A DNA stretch of 64,000 nt from Pavona decussata (Eukaryota): positions 248,001 to 312,000 of the forward strand of contig CDRNST010000289.1 of NCBI GenBank assembly GCA_977016875.1. Direction: 5' to 3'. Made by a program: the position numbers and the translations under genes. Below the pieces are notes generated by a model. It was given only the letters and a program-made list of their open reading frames with translations, made no database searches and was not told the origin of the DNA. Of this stretch, positions 1 to 12,594 are shown piece by piece (the first letter of the stretch is position 1; each line of letters opens with the position of its first letter).

Positions 1-647
1 TCGCTCGCGTGCGGATTGGTCTAAACGCCTCACGTGACCGAATATACCCAAGCTAAAACTGGGGAATATCCGAAGATATTCCCCAAGTGATAATTCCAAA
101 TTTCAAAAACTTCAAGGCGCGTCTTGTTTACAATTAAAATTAATGTGGGAACGGTTTGCTTTTGTGACAGAAGGAGAGATAAACCTGCTGGTCGATAAAG
201 CAGTATCAAAAAACAACATACGCTCTAAACGTTTTTGACGGTAAACTGTTCTTAAAAGACCAATTTATGTCCTCATAAATTTAAGTTAATGGGACAACCA
301 TGAGAGATTACGTGCTGGTTGTGTGACATGCTTTAAGGTAGGGGGTAGGGTTTCACAGTCCAAAGTTTATCGGGATCACATGCATTAGTAACGCAAACTG
401 TACGCTGAGCCAATCAGAATCGGCTGGTATTTCACTGTCAATCAATCCTCAGACATCGAGCACGAGTTCTGTGTTCATTCATTCCTTCGCTGCGAGCTAG
501 CAAACTGTAGTTGTCTTGTTCTACGACGTGTTTATTCTACGACGTGTCTTTTAATAACTTTCGCAGCCGTTCAATTTGTTTCTTCGCTCGCTTCTGAGAC
601 GGTTTCCCTATCCTGTGAGGCGATTTTAAGTTTCAGGATCGCAAATC

Positions 648-1829
648 ATGCCGCCACGAGCACGCCGGTCGACTTCCCGCCCAGGCGCACAACCGAATAT
701 CGACCCGACCGTGCTTGGAGCCCTATCCATCGCCGACCTTCGCTCTCTTTGCGTTCAACATGGGATTCCGTCGACAGGAGTCCGGAAGACTCTCGAACGC
801 CGGCTCCGGGAGCTGAACAATCCACCACCAACTCAAGTTCAAAACATCAATGAACATGAACCAGTAACTCCAAACAACGACGAAACGGCGGCACACAGGC
901 AAGAGCGCACTGAGTTTACAGACGGCCAGATACAGACGATCCAACAATTAATTGCGGACACTGTGAAACAATCTGCCAGGGAGATAGCGACCGAAGCGGC
1001 TAGGACCGCTGTGAGTGCTTCGTCGAGCCTCCTTGCCCAAAGGCCCGCTTCGCTTGTGCGTGGCACAGCGCCCGAAACGACAGTTCCCACGAACACTGCG
1101 GCGGTAAACTTCGCATCGCCCTTCCAAGACATCCCAGGGCAGTATATCAAAGACATCCAATGTGGTGAGTTTTTTTATCTTTCTAAACTACTTCCTAAGA
1201 ACCTGTCGCTGCACGACGAGGAGGATAATCTTGTCCTCTCCTTAGAGAACTCCGTCGTTAAGGTGTCGAAGAAATCGAAGCAGACGGCCTCCACCTCTAT
1301 TACCGATATTGAACAGTGGACCACTGCTTTTACGTCCTATATGAGTGTACTAATCGACAAGTTCCCAACACGATCGCAGGAACTCTTGCAATATGTGAGT
1401 TTAATTAGATACGCAGCCCGTGTGCACAAAGGGTTAGGATGGGCCATTTATGACTTTAAGTTTCGCCAGAAAGCTAGCGTAAATAGGTCTATTAATTGGT
1501 CAGTGGTTGACACTCAGCTTTGGTTAACCATTTTTACTGTGTCACCAGCGATACTCAAAGAAGAGTATCCGCTTTTTTCCAATGGACCCCAGCGAAATGT
1601 GTCTACAACAGGGGACGCGAACAGAGGCACATGCAACTTTTACAATAGGAGCGGCACATGTAATAGAGACCCCTGCTATTTTAGACATGTGTGTAACAGA
1701 TGTAGTGGATTGCACCTAAGGGTTGACTGCCCGGTCCACCCTGTGCGGCAACCAGAGCGGGAAGGGGGAAGGAATAGAGATAGTGACCATGGTGGCAGCT
1801 CAAAGTCAAGTCCCTCTCATCGAAAGTGA
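648..1829 (+). CDS. DIRS gag-like ORF1 with N-terminal SAP-like motif and C-terminal Cys/His zinc finger
   Basis: LSIADLRSLCVQHGIPSTGVRKTLERRL (SAP-like); ITDIEQWTTAF; W..YD..FR; CNFYNRSGTCNRDPCYFRHVCNRCSGLH. Confidence 0.85.
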   Translation: MPPRARRSTSRPGAQPNIDPTVLGALSIADLRSLCVQHGIPSTGVRKTLERRLRELNNPPPTQVQNINEHEPVTPNNDETAAHRQERTEFTDGQIQTIQQLIADTVKQSAREIATEAARTAVSASSSLLAQRPASLVRGTAPETTVPTNTAAVNFASPFQDIPGQYIKDIQCGEFFYLSKLLPKNLSLHDEEDNLVLSLENSVVKVSKKSKQTASTSITDIEQWTTAFTSYMSVLIDKFPTRSQELLQYVSLIRYAARVHKGLGWAIYDFKFRQKASVNRSINWSVVDTQLWLTIFTVSPAILKEEYPLFSNGPQRNVSTTGDANRGTCNFYNRSGTCNRDPCYFRHVCNRCSGLHLRVDCPVHPVRQPEREGGRNRDSDHGGSSKSSPSHRK

Positions 1830-3449
1830 GAACAATACTTGCCCCCTCCCGACCCCTATTAATGTACGACGACTTGAGGAAACATTGATTAATCATCCTG
1901 ATCAGGAATTTGTCTCCAAATTGTGTAATAATCTTAGGTATGGGGCCGATGTGGGTTTTACTGGGAGACGTGTTGCTAGATTCTCTAGGAATCTGTCCAC
2001 TGCCCTTTCCCAACCAAATAATGTTTCAGAAAACCTTTCCAGGGAAGTGGCCCTGGGGCGAGTTGCGGGTCCTTTCCCCAGCCCACCACTGCCCAATTTC
2101 CAGGTGTCACCCATCGGATTGGTCCCCAAAAAACATTCTACTAAGTTTAGGACCATCTTTTACTTATCTTTCCCAAAATCTGGAGAGACGAGTATCAACT
2201 CTTCAATCCCCAAGGAGGATTTCAGCCTTCAGCATATAACAATCGACAATGCAATCCAAGCGATTTCGAGCCTCGGTCAAGGGTGCTTTCTTGCGAAGAC
2301 CGACATCGAGTCAGCGTTTCGCCTCATCCCTCTTAGGCCTTCAGATTATGAGCTATTCGGCATGTATTGGGAGGGTAGCTATTACTATGACAAAGCTCTT
2401 CCCTTTGGCTTGAGGAGTGCCCCTTTCCTGTTCAATTTACTGTCCGATGCGATAGAGTGGATCCTCCTCAATCAATGCCAGGTTTCGTTTGCTTGTCATA
2501 TTCTCGATGATTTCTTGATCATCGAACCAGCATCATCCTCTCCTCCTCTAAATTTGCTATGCCAGCAGAGCTTGAATAGCATGCTCTTGACCTTTAGGAA
2601 TCTGGGTATCCCCACTGCACCCCACAAAACAGAGGGCCTTCTACTACCCTTGTGTTCATGGGAATTATCCTGGACACCGTCCGGATGGAGGCCAGACTCC
2701 CAGCAGATAAGGTAGAACGGATACAGGCCTCCCTTGCCCTCTTTCAAACAAAAAGGACATGCACCCTAAAGGAGTTACAGTCACTCACTGGGACTTTGAA
2801 CTTTGCATGCAAAGTTATCCCCCCTGGGAGACCCTTTCTTCAGCGCACGATTGAGCTAACTCGTAAAGTCGCTAAACCTCACCACCACATTAAATTAAGC
2901 AAGGGTTTCTTCAAGGATCTCACTATGTGGCAACAGTTTATCCACACCTAGAATGGGGCCGGGTTTTTCCTCTCTACTTCATGGCTAGACTCCGACTCCT
3001 TAGAACTCCATACTGATGCCTCAGGCAGACTTGGGTACGGTGGGATATTAGGTCAGAAATGATTTCAGGGTAGGTGGGAGACTCCCCACCAGCTCAATGC
3101 TCCTGGTATAAGCATTGCCTGGCAAGAGTTATTTGCTCTGGTGGTAGCATGCCACCTATGGGGGGATGAGTTCGCTAATAAGCGTATCGTTTTCTATTGT
3201 GACAACCAATCGGTTGTCAGTATAGTAAACTCTAAACGATCCCACATTCCTAGGGTTATGGATCTGGTTCGCCATTTTACCCTCTTAACTTTAAGACATA
3301 ACTTCTATCCAACGGCGGAACACATCGAAGGCAAGAATAATGAAATCGCGGATTCCCTCTCTCGATTTCAGAAGGAGCGATTTCGCAGACTGGCCCCTCA
3401 CGCAGACCCAGCCCCATGTCCTGTACCCCCAACAATGTTGGTGATCTAA
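1723..3449 (+). pseudogene. DIRS reverse transcriptase / RNase H, disrupted
   Basis: SPIGLVPKK, KTDIESAFRLIP, LPFGLRSAP, HILDDF, TDAS, CDNQSVV, NEIADSLSR; frameshift near 2640, stops at 2949 and ~3060. Confidence 0.92.
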
Positions 3450-5672
3450 ATGCCGACATCCAGAAGTACTTACGTCTCTCTGTTGCTGCCTCTACTAAAC
3501 AAACATATACCTCTGGTGAACGTAGATTTTTGGACTTTTTCACCCTCCACAGCCCACACAGGTCAATTTATTTGCCAACCAATGAAGAGACTCTTATTCA
3601 GTATGTTGCCTATTTAGCCAAAACAATTAAACACTCATCCATCAAGGGTTACCTGGCTGCAGTTAGACACCTGCATATCCGCTCAGGCTATGCCCTGGAC
3701 CTTAAGAAATTCTTGCGCCTGCAGTTGATTTGCCGCGGCATCAAGCGTTCCCAGGGCGATTCTACCCACATTCGACTCCCTATTACAATAAACCATCTGA
3801 AATTGTTCTTCCAACTTCTTGCAATCCCAACCACCACTCGTTATGACTCCATTATGGTATGGGCAGCCATGACCTTAGCCTTTTTTGGTTTCCTCCGCTT
3901 GGGAGAAATGACCTGCAACTCACCCTATTCATGTACACTCCACTTGTCTCCAGGGGATGTAACCTTTTTCCCCAGTATTTAGAACCCTGACCATATGTCA
4001 GTTAGGATAAAAATATCCAAAACTGACCCATTTCGTTCGAGTCAGACTATTGTTATTGGAAGGACTGACCAGAAGGTCTGCCCTGTTTTGGCTATGACAA
4101 ATTATTTGTCCTACCGGGGGACCACACTAGGTCCACTCTTTCAGTACTTGTCTGGCGCTCCCCTCACAAAAGCGGGACTTACCTCTGAAACTAGGCAGCT
4201 TCTCTCTATGTCTGGTTTTCAGCCTTTTCAGTATCCGGGACATAGCTATAGAATTGGGGCTGCCACAACCTGGGCTTCTGTGGGCCTTCCCCCTTGGCTA
4301 ATAAAAACACTGGGGCGGTGGTCCTCTGACTGCTATGAAACATCGCCCACAATGCCGCGACACATCCGGGGCTTTTATGTGGCGTCCGCGCGTAAATTCA
4401 AACTGAATAATGATCCCAGCTGTCCAGACAATAAGAAAAAATGGCCGACGTCTGCAAACAGTATGTGTGTTTTGCGCGATTACAAGCTTATTAGCCAAGT
4501 TTCGTAAAAGTTTGCATATGGCTTTTGAAGATGACACATCAGTAGAAGATACGAGACCTTTTCTGAGATTTTATCGCAATTAGAACTAGTCGCAAATTTT
4601 ATTTGAATCTGGTCTATTTCAAGGAATTTTTGGTACGAGAGTAAACTTCGAAGCTAAATTTTTCTTCGCTCGAGTACTTGATCAGAAAGTTTGCATATGG
4701 CTTTGACCGTATATTGCTTGAGACGGCTTTACGCCAAGTTTCAAATGAAACTGATAGTTCAAAGTGGTCGCAAACTCCAACTTTAGATTTTTTTCCACCA
4801 AAGTTCTTGCTTTCCCTCTCCTTAGAAACTCTCAGGGGAATAGAACGAACCTATTTTGAATATCCCGCTAGAATTTAAATGTAGTCGAAGCTCCGCCTCC
4901 GCAAACAATAGAACCCCCTTGGGACTATTAAGCGTTGAGACTGAACAAGAAAACAGCAGTTTAAAGGCTAATATAAAAATGATTAAAGAAGCAACAGTTT
5001 CGATTCCTAGGCCCCGGCGAATTCAGAAACTAACATTTTCCAGCATTAGCCCGACCTCCACCGATTAAACAACTCAAACAACTGGTTTGCACATCGCACT
5101 AGCTATGAAACTACGATCAGGTCAATTTTTTTTTTTGCTTTTCATTCTCTCGACGAGGTTCGCGCGAAAACCAACGAAAAGTGAGACGAAAAACGACGCG
5201 GAAAATTTCCTCTGATCGCAGGTCGATTTATTAAAGCGCCGTTTGTAAAACCACGCGTTCTTATGGTTTGAGAAGTCAGACGCTTGACCATCAGATTCCA
5301 TCGAGTTAAATAAAAATTTCGTTGCACGCGAACTTTTTGATAAAATTCTTTTTAAGAGTGCGGCGCACTTTTAATTAGAGCGCTATTGTTAACTTCATCC
5401 CACCTTGGGATTTACTTAGCGCGTCCAACCGTTTGATTGACAGCAGCTGAAATGTGCAAAGGGACTTACGTATTCCCAAAACTTGACCTGTTGACCAATT
5501 ACAGCCGAGTAGTTCCACATACGCAAATTATTATGCCGCCCGTTGATAAACTGGGCACTGCAAGTACATGTCGCCAAAGACAATAGCATTCTGGGCGATG
5601 AGATATGTTCAGTGCCCACCTTCCCTTCTTTCTGGGGTTTCCCGTCAGCTGTTAGGTGATACCTTTAATTAA
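3416..5672 (+). pseudogene. DIRS tyrosine recombinase, with a stop at 3980 and a split by the 4341-5600 insertion
   Basis: FFGFLRLGE, SKTDPF, GHSYRIGAAT, LGRWSSDCYE; the frame resumes at 5601 as RYVQCPPSLLSGVSRQLLGDTFN*. Confidence 0.9.
4341..5600. mobile_element. Non-autonomous TIR DNA element inserted in the DIRS recombinase
   Basis: Termini CATCGCCCACAATGC ... GCATTCTGGGCGATG (14/15 inverted match); removing it rejoins the YR C-terminus. Confidence 0.88.
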
Positions 5673-6129
5673 TTACTTATTTTAGGGGTCGGGGTTGTTT
5701 CGTCTATGGGGAACACACTTTGTGTATTTGTGGGGATGAAGTGCTCCCTTACAGGCACTCTTGGCCCCATAGGCTCACAGAATTTATGGGTTACCATGGT
5801 AACCATGAGTCTAGCTAGAGTTAGTTAGACATAATTTGCTGACTACCGGATACTATATATTATATTACATCATGAATGTTAAAATTGTAGTCAATAAGTT
5901 TCTTTTCCATTTTTCGATTAATATCTAAGTTAGAAGTGTTTTATTGTAAGTATTGTTGTATAGTAAAGCTGTACGTCTATAAGTTTTCTATTAGTTATTA
6001 AGTTGGTGGCGTTATATTGTAGTATTGTGTATTGTAAGTCCGCAAGTACTGTTGTATTTAAAGTGGTCTATGTCAATAAATTTATTCAATAAAAAAAAAT
6101 AAAGAAAAAAAAATAAAGAAAAAAAAATA

Positions 6130-6656
6130 CTTGTAGTGTTTCCACTCAGAATCAAAGACATGTTTTTCTGTTGTTCGTTTGAGACGGTACTGTAATTGTT
6201 GACGCTCTGGACGTCTCTGTTATCAGATAATTGGGTTATATGAGTTGTTGGAATGTTGTTGTCGTTCAGTTTTTGTATCATTGTTTTGCGTGCGCTGTGG
6301 TTGGTAAGTCTTCGCTTCTCATCAAAGCCTGCTTCCGTTGTCTGCCGTAGTTTTCATTAAGCTATTTAACTTGTTGACTCCCATAGCACTGGCCTTGAAC
6401 CATGGTTTTTCTGTAGGATTCTTAGTATGATTAATACCAAGATAAAACGGTGAATCGCTATCCGTCATCGAGCTAGGTCTTTTCTCAGAGTAAACTTTGT
6501 AAACAAACACTGGATTTCTGTCCGGTGTCCCATGAACTCAGTCAGCAAACTTATATCTCTTCGTGTCTTGGAAAGAGTGTTCTTGTTTTTTTGGTCTTCG
6601 ATAAACTTGTCTATAGGTTTGTCTAGAGACACAAATCTTCTTGATTGTTCAGCCAT
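6130..6656 (-). mobile_element. Crypton-type (DUF3504 / KCTD1-ZMYM-like) tyrosine recombinase remnant with internal deletion
   Basis: MAEQSRRFVS...KNKNTLSKTRRD; PVFVYKVYSEKRP..DSPFYLGIN..WFKASAMGVNKL; LTNHSARKTMIQKL...ITQLS..R.VQSVNNY. Confidence 0.8.
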
Positions 6657-8139
6657 CCTCAAAAATACCTCCTCGCTCTTGATAAGTTTGAATTACGAAC
6701 AACTCGAGTACACCGAAAATATTATCTTGTCAAAGCTGCCCGACAACGCTACCCGCGATGACTGCAAAAAAGCCTGCAAAAACACAATTCGCTTAAACCG
6801 TGGTTTGTGATTGGACGAAACGATTTTTTCACGTGTGAGAAACTCGTTTCGCCTCTCTGATTGGTCGAAGTAAAATCCGAAACGCTTTTTCACACAGCAA
6901 AATTTGATGCGAAAATCTCAGTATATATGAAATAAAAAGTGTTTCGTATCTGGCTGTCCATTCCGGGTCGGCACGCAGCTCATCCGTATTAAAACAAGTC
7001 TTCTTCGAGGTCGCTGTTATCGAATGGGTTTGCGCTTGCTGAAGCTTCTTGTCGATAAGCGTCCATTTCGATTTTGAAGATGTAATTCATTTCGGAGTCA
7101 TCCGAATCTTCTATATCCTCCTCGATCTCCTGAGACTACGGACTCCTCGGGCTCCTTGGACTCTTCTGATAACCGTAATGAAGAAGACGAACACATTCTG
7201 AGACGGACTATGTGGAGTAAATCGCAAAGAAATAAACCGAAAAAGAGACGCAATCGATATCGCGTGGTCCCTGGCGTGACGTCATAACCATCGCTCGTCC
7301 CAGGCTTCCTAAAACGCGGTGGTGAAACAACACAGTCCCAACTTCAAAAGCGCATAGAAAATCGAGAATTCAATCAATTCAAAAACTTTTTTCGCCGGAA
7401 CAGTCTAGAAAAAAAGTAGATCTATTTCGCTGAAAAAAAAATATCTGCTGTTAGGTGCACTTTAAGTAAAATCACACAACAATTTATTGTATATTTAAAA
7501 GTTTCAAACAAATACAATTGTAAGTTCTTTTTCCTTTGTACTTTCATCTTGTCATTAAATACACTTTTCCGTTGTTTAACACGTTTCTTTTCATCAATGC
7601 GTTTTCCCATTTCACATAGGCACCATGGGTCATTTTCAACTCTTTCAAACTTTCCTTCTTATTCTCATCATATAACCCGCACTCACCTGCCTCCCCAAGG
7701 CAGCATTCACTGCCGTTCCGGTATACAAGTTTAGTACTATCTTGTTATTATGGTTCAGTTGTAAGAGCACAGACATAGAGACAATGTGTGATGTTCCAAT
7801 AAGCAGTGTAGATATCATAGAAGTACGTGATGAATTATAATTATAGTTAAAAGTAAAGTTTGTCATTGTTTAAAAACAGATAGAGAGTGGATGAGATTTT
7901 CGCGGAATTGTAGTCGCAATGTTAATATTTGTCGGTACCGTGACCATGATCTAGATTTCCGAGATATAAGCTAAGCCTGTAACAAACATGACAAGGCAGA
8001 CCATAATTCAACACAATGAGCTTCATGACATTGTCCTGGAAGACTTTCCTTCCCATCAGCTCTCGAGCTTCCTTACTTAACAGAGCATTTGGATAGGCGA
8101 ATACAATTCATTTTGCTACACGTGCTCGCTTGGTTCTTT

Positions 8140-8653
8140 TTAATTTCCGAACAAGTTCTTGGTCGGCTCTTTCTCGTTTACAGCAACTTGCAAGACATCA
8201 GCGGTTATCCTCCGAGCTTTTAATACTTTCAGCTCATCTTCAATGATAGAATTTAAAAGGCACACCGCAATAACTATGGTCTTGGTGGTCTTAAAAGAAA
8301 CAACATGAGGATGGAGGTGAAAGAGCATTGATTTGTCAAATCCAGTGGATAAGACTCCAATAACATCCTGACCTTTCAGCATATATTCAAAACACTTTAT
8401 TTGAAGAGGTTTGAAACTTAACGATGGAAAATTACAGTAATTTAAAGAAAATCTAATTAAACAAAACACTGACGAAAACTTTGGCTCACTGGAAGTGACC
8501 GCCATCTTGAAAACTCTATTTAACATATGATAATTTAGTATACCCAAAATATTTGGGTGTTCTGAGATCATGTGACCAGCCGATCCCAGGGCCTTTTCCC
8601 GCCAAACCCTGCCCCGCCACCAAGCCATGGAAAATGCCCTGGGAACGAGGTTG
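8140..8653 (-). mobile_element. RecQ-like helicase fragment next to an Academ-like terminus (AcademH remnant)
   Basis: FKPLQIKCFEYMLKGQDVIGVLSTGFDKSMLF is a decayed helicase Q motif and motif I; the end reads CAACCTCGTTCCCAGGGC on the minus strand. The other terminus was not found. Confidence 0.6.
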
Positions 8654-10674
8654 CTTTCAAGCCCCATTTAGTTGCGTAGTAGCCTTTACTTATCAGTTAA
8701 AGTTCAGTTCAGTAAATCCTGACCCGTTCTTTATCTTGCCACAGAAAGCGGCCTGGCCGCAGACCACGTACCAGATAAGCAAGTGCGACAACGTTTATTA
8801 GCATACCTATCTCGACTAACTTTGATTGTCGAAGATGAATTTGGACTACATCTCCCAGAGGATCTACCCAAGGGATTTTACGTAAGCACTAGGAAGTTGT
8901 CTAAAAGAACCCTGTTCACCACTGATTCAGGGTTTGCCGTTATCCTCTCGAGGGAACAATCATGGAGCAACATCATGAGGAAAGAGAAATACAAGAAGTC
9001 AGTAAGTGAACTTTACAGTTTACAAAGAAAACGAGTGAAGGCAATTTTTTTGTTGCGGATTAGTAAACACAAACTGATAAAGTCTGTTAAGACAACCCTT
9101 CAGACTGTACGGTGTATAAAGGTAGGGAAATACGATATGCATCTTTTTGAAAGTCATGGCCAGTAAAAGCGTTTCGATGTGTACGGTGTGTAGACTGTAA
9201 AAGGATAATTCGGTCAGGTGACGGTCTGTTACTGATGTGCATCTCCAAAACGGTCGGGGCTCGTGATCCTTTGATGATCCGTTTTGTCTGTACTAGAGAC
9301 CTTAAAAGTCAGTCCGTACTTACGGTCCATAAAAATGGGAGAACAAACCCAGAGTAAAGCCAAAACAAAGGCTGTATGCATGTTTACCTCGTTCGTAAGG
9401 GAGAAGGGTCTTGTTTTCGTGGTCTAACAATTTCTGAATGACCCGGGTGACAGTGAATTAAACCACCAAAACAGCAAGAATATCAAAAAATCCACACTAC
9501 AACAGCTGACCATAACCAAAACAACCAGGCTACACTTGTATGAATAACCCTTTCTTTAAGCGCGCCATCCCCTTATCTACTTCTATTGTCAGTCGGAGCC
9601 GAGTTCCAGAAAACTTCAACTGGAAAGAATTTTTTCAGATTGATCTGTATCAAGTACTCAACAACTGATTAATACATATTGGCTGGGTCGAACGTCGAAC
9701 TTCACATTAGCCAAACCGAAACGCATAATTTGCCTGCAAGAGCTTTGTTGCAACTGAATAATCTTTAACCAATGTGGAAGTTTGGGTAAACTTAGAGTGT
9801 AACAAGGATCGGTTCGTGCGAAGCAGATCAGGGCGTTTGACTCACGCCAAGGGTTATTTAGGAGCAGCACAAGTACATTGCATAATCCTGATTTTAATGG
9901 AACAGCATTTACACGAACAAATATGATATGCATATTGTAAGGGACCGCGAAAGATGCTCACAACACTCTTTTCCAATGGTGCCCACATTGAATGAATTGT
10001 TATCTACAGGCCAAACTAAGCATACATGTATAGGTATGTGTCGCGATGAAATGAAGGGATTATGTGATATTTCTTAAGGACGTTGATACTAGGCTGATCA
10101 CTTTCACGATCAAAAACAAAGATACTAGTTACACAAATGTTTTGACAGATTTTAAGATTTCTGAAGATTTGTATATGTGATTTAATGATTCTTAATTCTA
10201 ATTTGTTTATACTATTCTAGTAATTCTTATTGTTCTAGTAATTCTCATTTGTTTTATGTACCATCCCACCAGCTCTGCTGATTTCTCTTATCGTGTTGAA
10301 ATAAAGTTCTTGATTGATTGATTGATTGATTAACGATAACCGGCTGACAAGCGTTTTCATCTGTTCTATTCTCTCTCGTCCATCTATATACTAATCGGTG
10401 AAACTATTTAATAGAACGCTTGCCGAGATTAAATATTTGAACGGCTAACTGTAAATAAATACAACTCTGCGTTTCATTATCTCCGTAGCGTCATCTCTAC
10501 TTACACTGTGAAGAGTGGGACAGGTTACTTAGCAGTGGAGTTTGGGAACCAGAGGCCATAGTGAGAAAGATACCCGAATTTCTTACGTTTGTAAGGGAGA
10601 TCAGTGAGATGCATGGGATCAACAGGAACAAGTAAGAAACACTAAGTCTAGTAATTCTATTTGAATCCCATGAA

Positions 10675-10963
10675 TACAGCTGTATAATTCGACAAAGGTT
10701 GTCCAAAAAAAGAGGCGTGAAAGCGTACGCGACAATGCGGAAAGGTAGTCTAGGAAATACTCAATAAATTTCAATAAAAGCTCGGAATCTATAATACCTC
10801 GACTGTACTTTGACCGCTATCTCAAGGCTTCGCAGTACGGTCGAGGTATTGTAAATTCCGAGCTTTTATTGAAATCTATTGGGTTTTTCCCAGACTACTC
10901 TTCGTTATTCTCGCGTACCCTTTTACGCTTTTTTTTAGCTTTCAGTTGTCGAAACAGCTGTAT
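10675..10963. repeat. ~290-bp palindromic (foldback/MITE-like) element
   Basis: ATACAGCTGT..TCGACAA pairs with TTGTCGAAACAGCTGTAT; the inner arms TCAATAAAAGCTCGGAAT..ATACCTCGAC pair with GTCGAGGTAT..ATTCCGAGCTTTTATTGA. Confidence 0.8.
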
Positions 10964-11635
10964 GCGAATGGCGGGTTAAAACCTGAACAGAAAGGCTTTC
11001 AACGCTAAACCATCCGCTTTCAACGCGAAACCATCCGCTATCCTTTTTTTCAAAAAACAGCATCAGCATTTTTGCTGTGAGCCACTACTAACTCCAGGAA
11101 TTGATACCGATTAACTCCACATTCTTTTTTTTTTTTTTTTTTTACATTAACTCTCGTATACACGACGCGTGACATGGCGTGGTTGATATTTGAAAGTAAA
11201 CAGATATGGGTCAACGATCTTGTTTCCGGAGTAACAATCACTTGAAGCTAAATTAAGTGTTTTTTGAACGGCTTATATTGTTAATATGGAAATTCTTCAC
11301 CAATAATTAGTTTTTTGTTTGATACCATTTCTGGTATATCAACTGATGAACATTGGGGAGATTGCTCGGTCCAATTTTATGTTACTCAGTGAGTACTAGA
11401 GGGTGGACTGTCAGCCACCTAAACAAGGTTTTCTTGTACAGAAAGGACAACTTTAACTGTAACGAGGGGTCCAACGGGTGTTTAACGTTTCTGCAACTTC
11501 CGGGGATGCAAACATGGTAAATGTTTGACCTTCCAGAGTCAGTTGAATATAATGGCTAGCAAGAGGATATTTATTCTTTCGTTGCTTTATATTCTAGTTC
11601 CTCCTGAAATTGTGGCCCTGCTGCTTTGGAAGCCT

Positions 11636-12594
11636 AGTAGGAGATAGCAAGGTGTGAGAGGCCTGCACAATTTCTAATAATGGAAACGTTTTTGATATGT
11701 AACCACTTTATATTTTTGCTCTGATAAGCGTGTCAGCTAGAGATTTTCCTTTTTCAAAGGCAATTAGTGGTGGCTCTTTGAAGATTTATCGTAGGAAAGG
11801 CTGGTTTTGTATTGAGTGCCATTTTCCCATTTAAACATGTTTGAGGTTGGGCACGTTCTATATCGTGTTTACCAGTGTCCCACAGAGAAAAGATATCGTC
11901 AACGTAACGTTTCCAAACTGTAGGTTTAACGACGCTGTAGCAAGCAATGTGAGTTTGCAAGCAAGACCGCGGTTTCGAAACTTACGATTCTCGTCCGTTG
12001 CTATTTGAAGATTTGTTATGGGGAAAGGTAGAGTGTTATACTCAATTCCGTTCCGCACACAGTGTGGCAGTTTTGGGTTTTTTATAGCCACTAATTTAGG
12101 ATGGTAGGATCGACAATGGTGCATTCTGATTGGTCCTTTCCAGCCAGTCAGATTGCTGTAATTTCGATCCGATGTGGGGCCAAGCTTTGGGTTGTGTTTT
12201 ATAAAAGGTATTTAAGTTTGAGTTTTTGCAATTTTTGTTGTATTTTTTAATACTTTCTTAGTCTAAAATAAAAGTACACAATGGGGTAGGTTTGTACCCT
12301 CGGTGTTAACAGAATATGCTGTGTAATTTACCTGTATTTCTCGATAGACGATTTTGGTTTTGTACAGTACAAGACTGTGTTTTGATGTGTTAATTAAGTG
12401 GTTTCACGCGTTCGAACGGGGCTCTGTCTGGAAAACATCACAGTAGGAGATAGCAAGGGGTGACAGGCCTGCACGACTTCTAACAATGTAAACATTTTTG
12501 ATGTGTGACCTCTTTATATTTTTGCTCTGAGAAGCGTGTCAGTTAGAGATTTTCCTTTTTAAAAGGAAATAAGTGGTGGCTCTTTGAAGATTTC
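11636..12594. mobile_element. Insertion bounded by ~155-bp direct repeats, carrying a Penelope-like RT fragment on the minus strand
   Basis: 11636-11788 matches 12442-12593; the minus strand encodes KPTVWKRYVDDIFSLWDT at ~11870-11930. Confidence 0.7.

Larger units (their letters stand above)
280..5845 (+). mobile_element. DIRS/Ngaro-type tyrosine-recombinase retrotransposon, degenerate; ends approximate
   Basis: Overlapping gag, RT/RNase H and YR ORFs in the typical order; no methyltransferase ORF is visible, which is Ngaro-like. Confidence 0.9.

Noticed and set aside
3416-4507. Phage integrase or prophage
   Set aside because: The recombinase overlaps an RT/RNase H and gag, which is the DIRS retrotransposon layout.
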